The notes: a model not told the origin generated them from the letters alone. Numbered from the stretch's first letter, positions 16,967 to 26,245 are shown. The stretch: DNA of 64,000 bases from Bacillota bacterium (GCA_021810565.1 JAJZIM010000004.1:13300-77299); one strand, 5' to 3'. Made by a program: numbers and translations.

Positions 16967-17437
16967 CTAGTCGAAGCTGTGGAACTTGAGTGTTTGGGGA
17001 GCCAGCGCCAGCCACACGCCGCGGTTCCGGCGCACCGCCAGGACGTCCGGGGGGCGCTCCCCGCCCACGCGCAGCCACCGGCGCAGGGTCCCGAGGGAGC
17101 CCCGGCGCACCCTCACCATCCCGGACACCGGCGCGTGGGCGAAGCCCGCCGCCGCGTACCTGGCCAGGGTCGTCAGAAACAACGGCGGCCCGGCCCCGTC
17201 GTCCAGCATGAGCGCCCCGCCGCGGCCCGTGGCGTTGAGCGCGTTGTAGAGCGTGGCGAATCCGGCGGCGTGGTACTTCACCTCAGCGCGCATCGACTCA
17301 TTGGGGCCGAACACCACGTCATGCTCCGCATCCAGGGTGGCCCCCCGAATACCGGCAGCGCCGGAGAGGGGCACCCGCCGACCGCCCAGGATGCGGGCCA
17401 CCTCCAGTTCCCCCCTCCTGCCCTTCCGTTGCTGCAT
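16967..17437 (-). CDS. PD-(D/E)XK nuclease, Hjc-like Holliday-junction-resolvase candidate
   Basis: GRRGELEVARIL ... HDVV ... AEVKYH fits a G..E / D / E-x-K pattern. Start set at ATG 17437. The Arg-rich N-extension was rejected. Confidence 0.5.
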   Translation of the reverse strand: MQQRKGRRGELEVARILGGRRVPLSGAAGIRGATLDAEHDVVFGPNESMRAEVKYHAAGFATLYNALNATGRGGALMLDDGAGPPLFLTTLARYAAAGFAHAPVSGMVRVRRGSLGTLRRWLRVGGERPPDVLAVRRNRGVWLALAPQTLKFHSFD

Positions 17438-17579
17438 AACCCCCAAATGGAATCCACCTCCCTGACCATGCGACCCAAAAGGCCATCTGGGCCGTCCCCC
17501 GCGGCGGACTTTCCGAAGGGGGCGGCACAATTTTCCGATACCCTGATACCACCTCTGCGGGAGCGGGGTGCCAGCGGGC

Positions 17580-18101
17580 TTAAAAACGGCCTCTCCGGTG
17601 ATTCTGGCTGGGCGTCCGTCCCGCTCCGGCCCCCCGGGTTCCGCGCCTGGTCCTTTTTCCGCCTGGTAGAGTTTTGGTCGCCGGCGGCGCGGCCTTCGGC
17701 TTGGCGGCCTTCGCCGCCGCCCGCTCCTTGGCCGCCGCCGCCAGATCCGCCGCCCCCGTGATCGCCGGCAGTCGGCAGCCAAGCGCCCGCTCCAGGTCGC
17801 GGCGCACCACGCCGTCCATGCCCGTGGCGGGCCAGGGGCCGTCCATCAACGCCTCCAGGTAGGGCCGGGCGTACATGGCGGCTATCGAGAGCACGTTCAT
17901 GGCCTCGTCCCAAGAATAGCCGGGCCAGCGGCGGACCACGGCTTCCCGGAGAGCCGCGCCGAAGGCCTTTTGCTCCTCTTCCGGGGGGATCGGCGTGGGG
18001 GAGGGCGGGGCCCATCCATCCCACAGGGCAGTACCACCATGCGACAGAGACACTGGTGCGGCGGCCCTACCGGGCAAGACGGTCAGAGGATCCTTGATCA
18101 T
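17580..18101 (-). CDS. hypothetical protein
   Basis: ORF-track frame, start at the second Met. Lys/Ala-rich basic tail. Confidence 0.45.
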   Translation of the reverse strand: MIKDPLTVLPGRAAAPVSLSHGGTALWDGWAPPSPTPIPPEEEQKAFGAALREAVVRRWPGYSWDEAMNVLSIAAMYARPYLEALMDGPWPATGMDGVVRRDLERALGCRLPAITGAADLAAAAKERAAAKAAKPKAAPPATKTLPGGKRTRRGTRGAGAGRTPSQNHRRGRF

Positions 18102-18285
18102 CGGCGTCCTCCCCCTCAACATGCTCCAGACACCAATCGTCCTTGGAAGTTTCCGGCCATACGGCGAACCTCTGTGGATGCCCTCCCGTCCCCGGCGCGT
18201 GGCGGCGGCAGGAACCGAGGCTGGTCTGGATCTCGTACCGCCGCCATGCGGCGCACGTGCCGCACCGCTTCGGGCGCATCGGCAT
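18067..18285 (-). CDS. small Cys-rich protein
   Basis: MPMRPKRCGTCAAW...CRRH...WCLEH. TGATG overlap with the upstream ORF. Confidence 0.45.
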   Translation of the reverse strand: MPMRPKRCGTCAAWRRYEIQTSLGSCRRHAPGTGGHPQRFAVWPETSKDDWCLEHVEGEDADDQGSSDRLAR

Positions 18286-18518
18286 CACCCTTCCACCAAG
18301 ATCAACAGCCGCGCCTGTTCCTGTCGGAACCGAGCGCCGCAGGCGGCGCAGCGGAACGGCGCGCCCGAGCCGTCGGAAACGAAGTGCAGTAGACCGACAT
18401 GGCAAGCCGGGCACCGCCCCAGGAACAGGTTACCCGGACCCGCCGGATAATCGGGATGGGGCTCAACGCAGCCGCGGTAGCAGACCCGCCGGCCCAGTTC
18501 ATCGATGAACAGGCTCAC
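18285..18518 (-). CDS. small zinc-ribbon-like protein
   Basis: CYRGC ... CPAC ... CAAC. The GTG start overlaps the GH130 stop (GTGA). Confidence 0.45.
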   Translation of the reverse strand: MSLFIDELGRRVCYRGCVEPHPDYPAGPGNLFLGRCPACHVGLLHFVSDGSGAPFRCAACGARFRQEQARLLILVEG

Positions 18519-19432
18519 GCCGCGGCCACCCCGATCACCCGGTCGGCGCCGCCGTACCAGCACCACAGCCGCCCGTCCGGCATGGGCAGCGCGGCACAGG
18601 AGAACACCACGTTGCCCACCACCCCGTCACGCTCCCACGGAAGCTCCGGCTCCAGCAGTGGGCGGTCCCCCGGGGAACGCCATAGCACTTGGAGCGGATC
18701 GTCCAGGGCCAGGAGGGCGCCGCCCAGCCGGTACGTCCTCGTACGGTCCACGCCGTGGTACAGCAGGAACCAGCCCTCCGGCGTCCGGATCGGGGGCGCC
18801 CCCGCCCCCACCCAGGCGCAGTCCCACGCGTCCGGATCCTCCGCGCGGGGAGCCAGCACGACCCCCTCGTCCTCCCACGCCCCGGTGAGGCTGGGCGCCA
18901 TGGCGAGCACCACATTGGGATGCGGCCGGCGCAGCAGCATGTACCGGCCCCGCCGCCGGGCGGGAAACAGGGCGCCGTCCTTGTCCCACTCCAGGGTGGG
19001 GACATGCCCCAGCCGCAGGAAGAACGGAGGGGCGCAGGAGTACAGCCCGATGTGGGCGGTCCCGCCGTCGAACTCCGTGCAGGCCATGACCACCTCGGGA
19101 TGCCCCCCGCCCGAATCCATCCGGGTCAGGCGCGGATCCTCCAGCTGCCACGGGGCGGCGACCGTCCCCGGCCACCGGTCGGCGGGAAACGTGATCCCCG
19201 TGCGCTCCCAGCAGAAGCCGTCGTCGCTGACGGCGGCCCGCAGCCTGGATTGCCCCTCCGCGTCCACCGCCCTGTAGAGCATCAGCAGCCCATCCTTCTC
19301 CCGGACCACGCCTGGATTCAAAACGCCGCCGACCTCCTTGGCGTCCCCCGGAACGGGCACGAGGATCGGCTCCGTGGACAACCGCCGCAGGACGGCGCCG
19401 TCCATGATCCGCTGGAGCCATGCCGTGGCCAT
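18515..19432 (-). CDS. glycoside hydrolase family 130-like protein (beta-mannoside phosphorylase/glycosidase fold)
   Basis: 305 aa with GVLNPGVV, LMLYRAV, EDPRLT, WDKDGALFP, FLLYHGVD and WYGGADRVIG. Family assigned by recall, not by search. Confidence 0.75.
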   Translation of the reverse strand: MATAWLQRIMDGAVLRRLSTEPILVPVPGDAKEVGGVLNPGVVREKDGLLMLYRAVDAEGQSRLRAAVSDDGFCWERTGITFPADRWPGTVAAPWQLEDPRLTRMDSGGGHPEVVMACTEFDGGTAHIGLYSCAPPFFLRLGHVPTLEWDKDGALFPARRRGRYMLLRRPHPNVVLAMAPSLTGAWEDEGVVLAPRAEDPDAWDCAWVGAGAPPIRTPEGWFLLYHGVDRTRTYRLGGALLALDDPLQVLWRSPGDRPLLEPELPWERDGVVGNVVFSCAALPMPDGRLWCWYGGADRVIGVAAA

Positions 19433-19647
19433 CAGCTTTCGGCGGCGGGGGATCGCTCCAACCCCGAGCCGCCCTTCCCTCCCCTCTTCCCGGGCTTCCG
19501 AAAACGCTCACAGGTTTCCGTGGTAAACATCAGCACCATGGCCCGGGACGGGTGCAGACACGTCCCGGCGCAACTTTCCTTGATGACCGACGGCTTGAAC
19601 CATCGGCAGTCCAGACAGTGCCGATCATCTGGCCGCTCAGCGCCCAT
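19432..19647 (-). CDS. small Cys-rich protein
   Basis: MGAERPDDRHCLDCRWF...CAGTC...C. Coupled to the downstream gene. Confidence 0.4.
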   Translation of the reverse strand: MGAERPDDRHCLDCRWFKPSVIKESCAGTCLHPSRAMVLMFTTETCERFRKPGKRGGKGGSGLERSPAAES

Positions 19648-19810
19648 GGACGGCGCCCTCCCCGCCCCGGGGCGCCCGGGGAGCCTGCGGCAATGGGCAT
19701 ACCCCACTGCGCTTCAGGGCGGGACACTTGATCCCGCCCGCCTCGATGCAGCTGCCGCCGGCGGGCCGGAGGCAGGGATACTTCGGCTTGAACGGACGCT
19801 GCTTGGCCAT
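19637..19810 (-). CDS. small Cys-rich protein
   Basis: MAKQRPFKPKYPCLRPAGGSCIEAGGIKCP...C. RBS GGGAGGGG 6 nt upstream. Confidence 0.35.
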   Translation of the reverse strand: MAKQRPFKPKYPCLRPAGGSCIEAGGIKCPALKRSGVCPLPQAPRAPRGGEGAVHGR

Positions 19811-19894
19811 AACCATCCCCTCCCGCAAATAGGAAAAGGCCCCGAGCCTTACGCCCGGGGTCTTCCCAAGTGGCGGATCAGTTCACCGATGCGG

Positions 19895-22381
19895 CTAGTG
19901 CACCCACACGTCGGGCAGCGCGCCCACCGCCCGCACCCTGGCCCACGATGGGAGGTCCTGCAGCACATGCTCCGTGATCCTGGCCGTCTCCACGTCGCAC
20001 GGCACCCCCCAGGTGCCGAGCACCTCCTCCCCGGCCCACATCATGGCCTCCTCCAGCGCCACCACCGCCTCATCGGCCCGCTCCTCCGGCACCACCAGCA
20101 CGAACTCGTCGTGCACGAAGTTGGCCACGCAACGGGCCACGTCGGGCCTGTCTTCCCACAGCCGCCGCAGGGCCAGCATGGCTATGTCCGCCCCGCTCCC
20201 CTGGTCTTGGTAGTTCAGGGCGTCCGTCGGGTTGACCACGGTGAACCGCCGGCCCGAAAGGGCCGCCACGCGCCACACCGGCTTCTTCCTGACCCCCGTG
20301 CCGCCGTCCTTGGGTTCGGCCAGCCAGACCTCTTCCTCCGGGCGCAGCAGAGTCCACAACTGCCACAACCGAACTTCAGGGTACAGGTTGAACCACTGCT
20401 CCCGAACCTGCGCCGCCTCTTCCGGGGTCATGTCCACCCCATGCTCCACCTTGGCACGGATGCGGAAGGTCTCCGACTGGGCGCCGTACAACAAGGAAAA
20501 ATTGGCCGGCTTCGCCCCCCGCCGCGCCGCCGCCACGGCGGGGTCCTGGCGCAGGCTCTGCGCCATGGCCGAGTCCAGGGCGGCATCTGGATCGCGCCCC
20601 AGAAGACCCAGCGCGGTGCGCAGGTGCGGGTCACCGCCGGCCGCGAACACGTCCCGCATGGCCGACCACTCGGTCGCCCCAGCGGCCTGCGCCCTGCTCC
20701 GCACCGCATGCCACCGCAGGGCGGCCTCCACCTCCATGCATCTGCGCTCCGCCGCCCTGCGGGCATCCCACGCCCGGGCCTTGGCCTCCTTCCCAAAGGC
20801 GTCCCGCGTCGCGGCCACCGCCGCGTCCAGGCTACGCCGGGCATGGGCATAGGCGTCCGCTTCCGGTGGCCGCCCCGTTCGCAGTTGAACTGCCAGGGGA
20901 TGACTTGACGTCGCGATTTCCCGCTGCGCCCTGACGGCCAGCGCGGCGGCGACGCGCAGCTCAATCTGCGCGTAATCCGTGGCCACCACCCGCCATCCGG
21001 GGGGCGCCTGGACCAAGGCCCGGAAAGCCGGGTCCGCCGGGAGGTTCTGGATGTTTGGCTCCTGGGATGAGGTTCTCCCGGTCGACGTCCCGTGGGACAG
21101 CAGAGGATGCAACCGGCCATCGGGGGACCGCCTGGCGAAAGCCGCGTACTGGCGCGCCATGACGGCCCGCTTCTTGTGCTCCTTGGCCTCCTCCACCGCC
21201 TGGAGAAGCGGGCCTGCGCCGCCGTCGTAGTACCCCCTGGCCCGCAGTTGATCCGTCCGTGTGCAGATGAGGCCCTTGTCGGTGTCGGGCAGCGGCCGGC
21301 CATCGAGTCGTTCCACCGCGGCCGACAGGGCGGCCTTGAACAGCGCATCGCCCGAGTTCTCCGGATTGGCCAGGGTATCCACATGAGGGCCAATCTCCGG
21401 GGCAAGGGCCGCCGCCTCCTCAGCCCGCCTGCGGGCGGCCCGCTCCTCCTCGGCCGCATACGCCTCGGAGGCCTCCAGCGACACCGGTAGGCCGGTTTCA
21501 CGCAGCAACACCAGGTGCTCCACCTGCCCAGCCAACATCCTGTCCCAATCCGGGTGCGCCCTGCGCCATGCGGCAAAGGCCTCAGCCAGATCCGCGTCCT
21601 CCGCCCCCAGGAGCTTCAACGTGAGCCGCCAAGTAGCCACCACGTCTCCGGTGGCATAGTGATGGTGCGTTTCCCCAAGGGGTGCGGGCAAGGTCCAATG
21701 CTCCGGCCCCTGGAGCCCCTTCGCCAAGACCTCCTGGAACAGCGTCAGCATGAGCACGTCCAGTGACCACGCCTTGCGGTGTGACACCAACTCCCGGGCC
21801 GCCCTGGTGCTTTGACCATCCGTCCGGCTCGCCGCCATGCGAGCCAGGGCCAGAGGCACCCCCGGAGCCGCGTACCGGGCCAGGAGCATGGAGTCCAGCA
21901 CGTGCAGTCCCTTGGGGAACGGTGTCCCCGCCAGGCGCACGGCGCGCCGCAGCCAGAACAGGTCAAACCCGATGTTGTGCCCCACGAGCACGGTCTCCGC
22001 CGAACCGGAAACGGCGAGACACGCACGCGCCACCAGCACCCGCGCCTCCTCGGAAAGCGCATCCATGTCCCACGCACCAAGCAGCATGGTACCCGGCTCC
22101 CCCGGCGCTCCCCATTTGGCCGTCACCACGCGCAGCCGGGGCGTTCTGTCAACCGCCGCGGCTTCCCGTCTGCCCGCCGGCAGACCGCAAGAGCGCAGCG
22201 CCGCCTGCACCTGGCCCTCGGACACCGGCTCGCTGAAGGGGGTCAGGGCGGTGGTCTCAACGTCCACCACCCGCCAGGAGGCCTCCGCAAGGGAGCGCAA
22301 CAGGGCCGCGTCGGCGGGCGCCCACAGACCCGACGTGTCTTGCCGCATTTGCTGGCCGAAGCCGAATGTGGATTGGTCCAC
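19895..22381 (-). CDS. family A DNA polymerase with 3'-5' exonuclease domain
   Basis: Exo I VVDVETTAL, Exo II LVGHNIGFDL, Exo III YATGDVV. Pol motif A VATDYAQIELRVAA, motif B RRGAKPANFSLLYGA, motif C VANFVHDEFVL. Also QEPNIQNLP. Confidence 0.9.
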   Translation of the reverse strand: MDQSTFGFGQQMRQDTSGLWAPADAALLRSLAEASWRVVDVETTALTPFSEPVSEGQVQAALRSCGLPAGRREAAAVDRTPRLRVVTAKWGAPGEPGTMLLGAWDMDALSEEARVLVARACLAVSGSAETVLVGHNIGFDLFWLRRAVRLAGTPFPKGLHVLDSMLLARYAAPGVPLALARMAASRTDGQSTRAARELVSHRKAWSLDVLMLTLFQEVLAKGLQGPEHWTLPAPLGETHHHYATGDVVATWRLTLKLLGAEDADLAEAFAAWRRAHPDWDRMLAGQVEHLVLLRETGLPVSLEASEAYAAEEERAARRRAEEAAALAPEIGPHVDTLANPENSGDALFKAALSAAVERLDGRPLPDTDKGLICTRTDQLRARGYYDGGAGPLLQAVEEAKEHKKRAVMARQYAAFARRSPDGRLHPLLSHGTSTGRTSSQEPNIQNLPADPAFRALVQAPPGWRVVATDYAQIELRVAAALAVRAQREIATSSHPLAVQLRTGRPPEADAYAHARRSLDAAVAATRDAFGKEAKARAWDARRAAERRCMEVEAALRWHAVRSRAQAAGATEWSAMRDVFAAGGDPHLRTALGLLGRDPDAALDSAMAQSLRQDPAVAAARRGAKPANFSLLYGAQSETFRIRAKVEHGVDMTPEEAAQVREQWFNLYPEVRLWQLWTLLRPEEEVWLAEPKDGGTGVRKKPVWRVAALSGRRFTVVNPTDALNYQDQGSGADIAMLALRRLWEDRPDVARCVANFVHDEFVLVVPEERADEAVVALEEAMMWAGEEVLGTWGVPCDVETARITEHVLQDLPSWARVRAVGALPDVWVH

Positions 22382-22393
22382 CTATATCCCCCC

Positions 22394-23668
22394 CTATCCC
22401 GCCCGCAGCCGCTGCACCAGCGCCGAATGGCGCTCCTCCGCTCCGGGGGTCATGATCGCCGCCTCCAGGGCCCCCGCCTCGGTGATCATGACCACCGTCT
22501 CCCGCGCCCGCGTGAGCCCAGTATAAACCAGGTTCCGGCGCAAGAGCAGGTAGGCGTCCCAACCCAGGGCCATGACCACGGCCGGGAACTGGCCTCCTTG
22601 ACCCTTGTGAACGGTGGAAGCGTAGGCCAGTTGCAGGTCGCCCGCGGCCTCCCCGGCGCTGTAGGCCACCTCACGCTTCCCGGTTCCCTCGTCGTAAGCC
22701 ACGAACATGGCCGGCGCCGCCCTGCGGCGACCGGTGACGGGATCCTTGATCTCGGTCTCCCCGAACCGAACCACCTTGCCGATCTCCCCGTTGAAGATGC
22801 CCTTTTCGTAGTCATTGCGTACCTGCATCACCCGGTCCCCGATGCAGAACGTCGAACCCCCGGCCTGGAATTCGCCTTTCCCGCCTGGATTCAAAACATC
22901 CCGGAGCGCCTGGTTCAGCGCCACGGTGCCCAGAGGCCCCTTGCGCAATGGCACGAGCACCTGGACGTCATCGGGAACGTAGCCCGCGGTCAGGAGTCTG
23001 CGCACCGCGGCCAACACGTCTTGGGCCATCCGCTCCCGCTCCCCACGAGGGTAAACCGCATGGGTGTAGGCCGGATTCCCCTCTTCGGCTATCGGGAGTT
23101 CCCCCGCGTTGATCCTGGCGGCGTTCCGGGGGATGATGCTCCCCGCCCCCTGGCGGTAGATGTGCGCAAGACGTGTCACCGGAACGGCGCCCGAGCGGAT
23201 GAGGTCCTGGAACGGCGCGCCCGGTCCCACCGGCGGCAACTGGTCGGCGTCCCCCACGAGCACCAGACGCATCTCCTCCGGCACCGCCTCCAAAAGCGCG
23301 GCCATGAGGGGCAAGTCCACCATGGAGGATTCGTCCACGCACAACAGTTTCCCATCGAGGGGTACGTCCCCGTTCCGGCGGAAGCCCTCTTGGGGGTGAT
23401 ACTCCAGCAGCCGGTGGATGGTGCAGGCCTGGGCGCCGGTGGCCTCCGCCATTTGCCGGGCGGCCCGGCCGGTGGGAGCCGTGAGCAGCACCTCGGTCGC
23501 CGGGTAGGCGCCCGTGGCCTCGGCTCGGGCGATCACTTCCCGTAGAATGGTGGTCTTGCCGGTACCCGGCGGGCCGGTTATCACGGAGACGGGCTCCCGC
23601 AGGACCATTTCGACGGCGTGCAACTGTTCGTCGTCCAGGGCAACTTGCGGCTCATTGAGTGTTGGCAT
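22394..23668 (-). CDS. RecD/TraA-family SF1 helicase, C-terminal (motor) half
   Basis: LDDEQLHAVEMV, ITGPPGTGKTT, LVGDADQLPPVGPG, TVHKGQGGQFPAVV, YTGLTRARE. Confidence 0.85.
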   Translation of the reverse strand: MPTLNEPQVALDDEQLHAVEMVLREPVSVITGPPGTGKTTILREVIARAEATGAYPATEVLLTAPTGRAARQMAEATGAQACTIHRLLEYHPQEGFRRNGDVPLDGKLLCVDESSMVDLPLMAALLEAVPEEMRLVLVGDADQLPPVGPGAPFQDLIRSGAVPVTRLAHIYRQGAGSIIPRNAARINAGELPIAEEGNPAYTHAVYPRGERERMAQDVLAAVRRLLTAGYVPDDVQVLVPLRKGPLGTVALNQALRDVLNPGGKGEFQAGGSTFCIGDRVMQVRNDYEKGIFNGEIGKVVRFGETEIKDPVTGRRRAAPAMFVAYDEGTGKREVAYSAGEAAGDLQLAYASTVHKGQGGQFPAVVMALGWDAYLLLRRNLVYTGLTRARETVVMITEAGALEAAIMTPGAEERHSALVQRLRAG

Positions 23669-24005
23669 CTTGGCCCCTCCACTCCAGCATCAGTCGATCC
23701 GCCACGGCCTCGCACACCCGCGCCACGGCTTTCTTGAGGGTCTCCCGATCCGTGCCGCCGTTGGCCCAGAACAACCCAACCGGGTCCTCGTAGGCTCCTG
23801 TTTCGAGCTTCACGTCCACGTCTTTGCGCAGCGTGGGGAACAGCGGCTTACTGACCACCAGGGCGTGGCCGTCCTTTTCCGCCACGTAGGCGTCCACCAG
23901 GCCCGCCTGGGTCTGCACCACGATCTGGACCCACCTCTTTCCCATGGGCCGCGCGGGCACCGATCCCCATGACAGCCACTTAAAAATCGTCTTTTGGTCA
24001 ATCAA
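23652..24005 (-). CDS. hypothetical protein
   Basis: 117 aa ORF-track frame inside the cassette that separates the two RecD halves. Confidence 0.45.
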   Translation of the reverse strand: MIDQKTIFKWLSWGSVPARPMGKRWVQIVVQTQAGLVDAYVAEKDGHALVVSKPLFPTLRKDVDVKLETGAYEDPVGLFWANGGTDRETLKKAVARVCEAVADRLMLEWRGQDANTQ

Positions 24006-24288
24006 AGTTGGTTATGCCTCCTCCTCCTCCTCCGGCTCGGACCGTACAAGGAGTTGCCTTTCGGTGGCCGTCTGCAACTCCTCCAGGGTCCCCCCGTTGC
24101 ACTTTGGCCACGTTAATGGCCAGGCTGCACGGGGCAGCAGCCAGCAGGGGCAGTTCCGCGCCCGTGTCGGCGAAGAGAAGGTCGAAATCCTCCCCGCGCT
24201 CATGGGCCAGGAGCGCCATGGCGATGCTGTCGCACCCGCCGGACACGGCGATAAGGCGCTTGGACGGCGGTTCTTTTTCCCTGGGCAT
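23998..24288 (-). pseudogene. remnant of a PP-loop (PAPS reductase-like) gene
   Basis: The first ~50 aa carry RLIAVSGGCDSIAMAL and LFADTGAELP. After that the frame turns into Gly-rich nonsense, and the expected ~200 further residues are missing. Confidence 0.4.
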
Positions 24289-24291
24289 GAT

Positions 24292-25791
24292 TTACCCTCC
24301 CCTACTGCCTGCCGGCAACCCCGGTGCCACCCAGATGCCCTCCCCCGATAGGGCGCATGCCCCCCGCAGGTTGGCCAGCAGGCTGCGCAGGATGGTGGCG
24401 CCCCACTCCCGCGCCGCCGGCGGCGGTATGGCGTTGCCGATCCTGCCACGCCACCTGGAGTCCGCATTCCCCACCAGGTGGAGGGGCTGGCCGCCCACGA
24501 AGGCCGGGAACCCCTGGAGCACCGCCAGCTCCAGGGTCGTAAGCGGGCGATGCCAGGTGCCATCCTCCGCCACGATCAGAGGCGGCGGGTTCGGCCGTGC
24601 GGTCCAGTCCGGAACACGCGGGTCGGCTACGGCGGCACTTCCCGAGTGCACGTCCCCCACCCCCAACACCGTCTTGGCCGGAGCATCCCAGGCGATCACC
24701 CCATAGGAGCCGTTGCGGGGAGCGCACCCGAGGCGCGGGTCCGCGATGGCCGCCGCCCCGTTGGAGCCGCGAACCGCCGCCGAGCCGATCACCGTCGTGC
24801 TGGGCTCGTCCCAGCGCACGATGCGGTAGGCCCCCCTTCGCGGCCGGTAGCCCAACCTGGGGTCGGCCACCGACAGGCCGCCGCAACTGGGACCGCCACC
24901 GGTGGTCACCGTACCCGCCGACGCATCCCAGGGCACGATCTTGTACGCACCGTCGAACCACTCACGTTTACGCTCCAGGGCGCGCCAGTCCTCGCCGGCA
25001 GGGATCAGAGCCAAGCGCACCCAGGTGCGCCACTGTAATCGCGGGAGGCGGTGCATCGGACCGCCGGCAGGGTCGTCGGGCAGGGGAAGCGGCCCGAGCA
25101 CCTCCCCGCAAGCCCGAACGCGGCGGCGCGGCGGGAAGTGGATAAATCCGGGCAGCTTCTTGGCGTGGCGCGCGATGAGGAGGTACCTGCGCCGGTGCTG
25201 GGCAAGCCCACCCACCTCGCCGCAGTCGTAGAACCCTTCCTGCACGAGGTAGCCGTAGGACCGCAGGAGCGACCTGACCGCGGCGAGCAACTGAGCCCCG
25301 CGGCTCGCGATCCGTGGCACGTTCTCCATCAGGATGACCGCCGGCGGATCGGCGGCGAAGGCCTCCATGGTCAGGATCGTGCCGCGCAGCACCAGCCCAT
25401 TGAGCGCCTGGTACCTGGCGGTCTGCGCCCGCTGCCCGGGCAGCAGGCCGCTGAACCCCTTGCACGGGTAGCTGGCCACCAGGACGTCCGGGTACTCGCC
25501 GCCGGCGGAGCGGCGGAGGTCTTCCGGCGTGGCCTCCCGCCAGTCGGCAGGCGGCGGCTTGCCGTGGAAGTCCTCGTACTGGCGCCGGTCGAACAGGTCC
25601 AGGCACGTCTCCTCCACGCCGGTAAGCACGCGAAAGTCCTCGCAGGCCTCCGGGTCCGAGTCGCACCCGCCCAGGAGGTGGAACCGCCCGGCCGTGCCCG
25701 ACCACGCCTCTCGGGCTTGCTGGAAACCTAGCGCGCCTCCGCCCATGCCGCCGCACAGGTGGTAGACGGTCCATTCGTAATCACCGGACAT
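24292..25791 (-). CDS. DNA (cytosine-5) methyltransferase
   Basis: Motif I HLCGGMGGGALGF, IV SYPCKGFSG, VI LMENVP, VIII QHRRRYLLIA, X GNAIPPP. Start at ATG 25791 after a G-rich RBS. Confidence 0.85.
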   Translation of the reverse strand: MSGDYEWTVYHLCGGMGGGALGFQQAREAWSGTAGRFHLLGGCDSDPEACEDFRVLTGVEETCLDLFDRRQYEDFHGKPPPADWREATPEDLRRSAGGEYPDVLVASYPCKGFSGLLPGQRAQTARYQALNGLVLRGTILTMEAFAADPPAVILMENVPRIASRGAQLLAAVRSLLRSYGYLVQEGFYDCGEVGGLAQHRRRYLLIARHAKKLPGFIHFPPRRRVRACGEVLGPLPLPDDPAGGPMHRLPRLQWRTWVRLALIPAGEDWRALERKREWFDGAYKIVPWDASAGTVTTGGGPSCGGLSVADPRLGYRPRRGAYRIVRWDEPSTTVIGSAAVRGSNGAAAIADPRLGCAPRNGSYGVIAWDAPAKTVLGVGDVHSGSAAVADPRVPDWTARPNPPPLIVAEDGTWHRPLTTLELAVLQGFPAFVGGQPLHLVGNADSRWRGRIGNAIPPPAAREWGATILRSLLANLRGACALSGEGIWVAPGLPAGSRGG

Positions 25792-25801
25792 AGGCACCCC
25801 C

Positions 25802-26245
25802 CTATCCCGCCAGCACACGGGCCATATGCTCCTCGTAACCGGCCCGCGCTCCCCCGCGATCCCGCATGGCCTCGGACCAAAGCCTGCGCCCCTCCTCGCA
25901 CAGGGCCACGTCATCTCCACGGATCACGCACCCGCAAACCCTGGCCCCGGGGGGACACGGGGAAACAGGCTCTTCGTCCCCCCGGAACTGTGCCCCCAGC
26001 AGCTCGAACTCCAGCGCCTCGCGCCATGAACCCCGCCCCTTGGCCTGGACCTCCACCAGCGCGAAGTCCCCGTACACCCCAAGAACCCGGATCCGCCGCA
26101 GGCACTGCCTCCGGCTGGAGATGCGGCCTCCGGTGTCGTTGAGGACCGACAACTGCATTTCAACCCATACCCCCATGTGCGTCTGTGCCCACTGACGCCC
26201 CCGCTCGATCAACTGGGCGCGGTCAACCTTCGGCCGCTTCCCCAT
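25802..26245 (-). CDS. hypothetical protein
   Basis: ORF-track frame, start at Met15. No recognised family. Confidence 0.45.
   Translation of the reverse strand: MGKRPKVDRAQLIERGRQWAQTHMGVWVEMQLSVLNDTGGRISSRRQCLRRIRVLGVYGDFALVEVQAKGRGSWREALEFELLGAQFRGDEEPVSPCPPGARVCGCVIRGDDVALCEEGRRLWSEAMRDRGGARAGYEEHMARVLAG

Larger units (their letters stand above)
15138..16990 (-). mobile_element. IscB-type OMEGA element (IS200/IS605-derived, no TnpA)
   Basis: IscB ORF plus ~360 nt leader. 11-bp-stem hairpins near both ends (15138-15166 and 16924-16963). Both ends are about 80% identical to the miniature copy at 29688-29836, which helps delimit them. Confidence 0.65.

Noticed and set aside
23998-24288. 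Intact small PP-loop ATPase
   Set aside because: Only the SGGxDS and DTG segments (~50 aa) are family-like. The rest is Gly-rich and the expected ~200 further residues are missing in all frames, so it is called a remnant.
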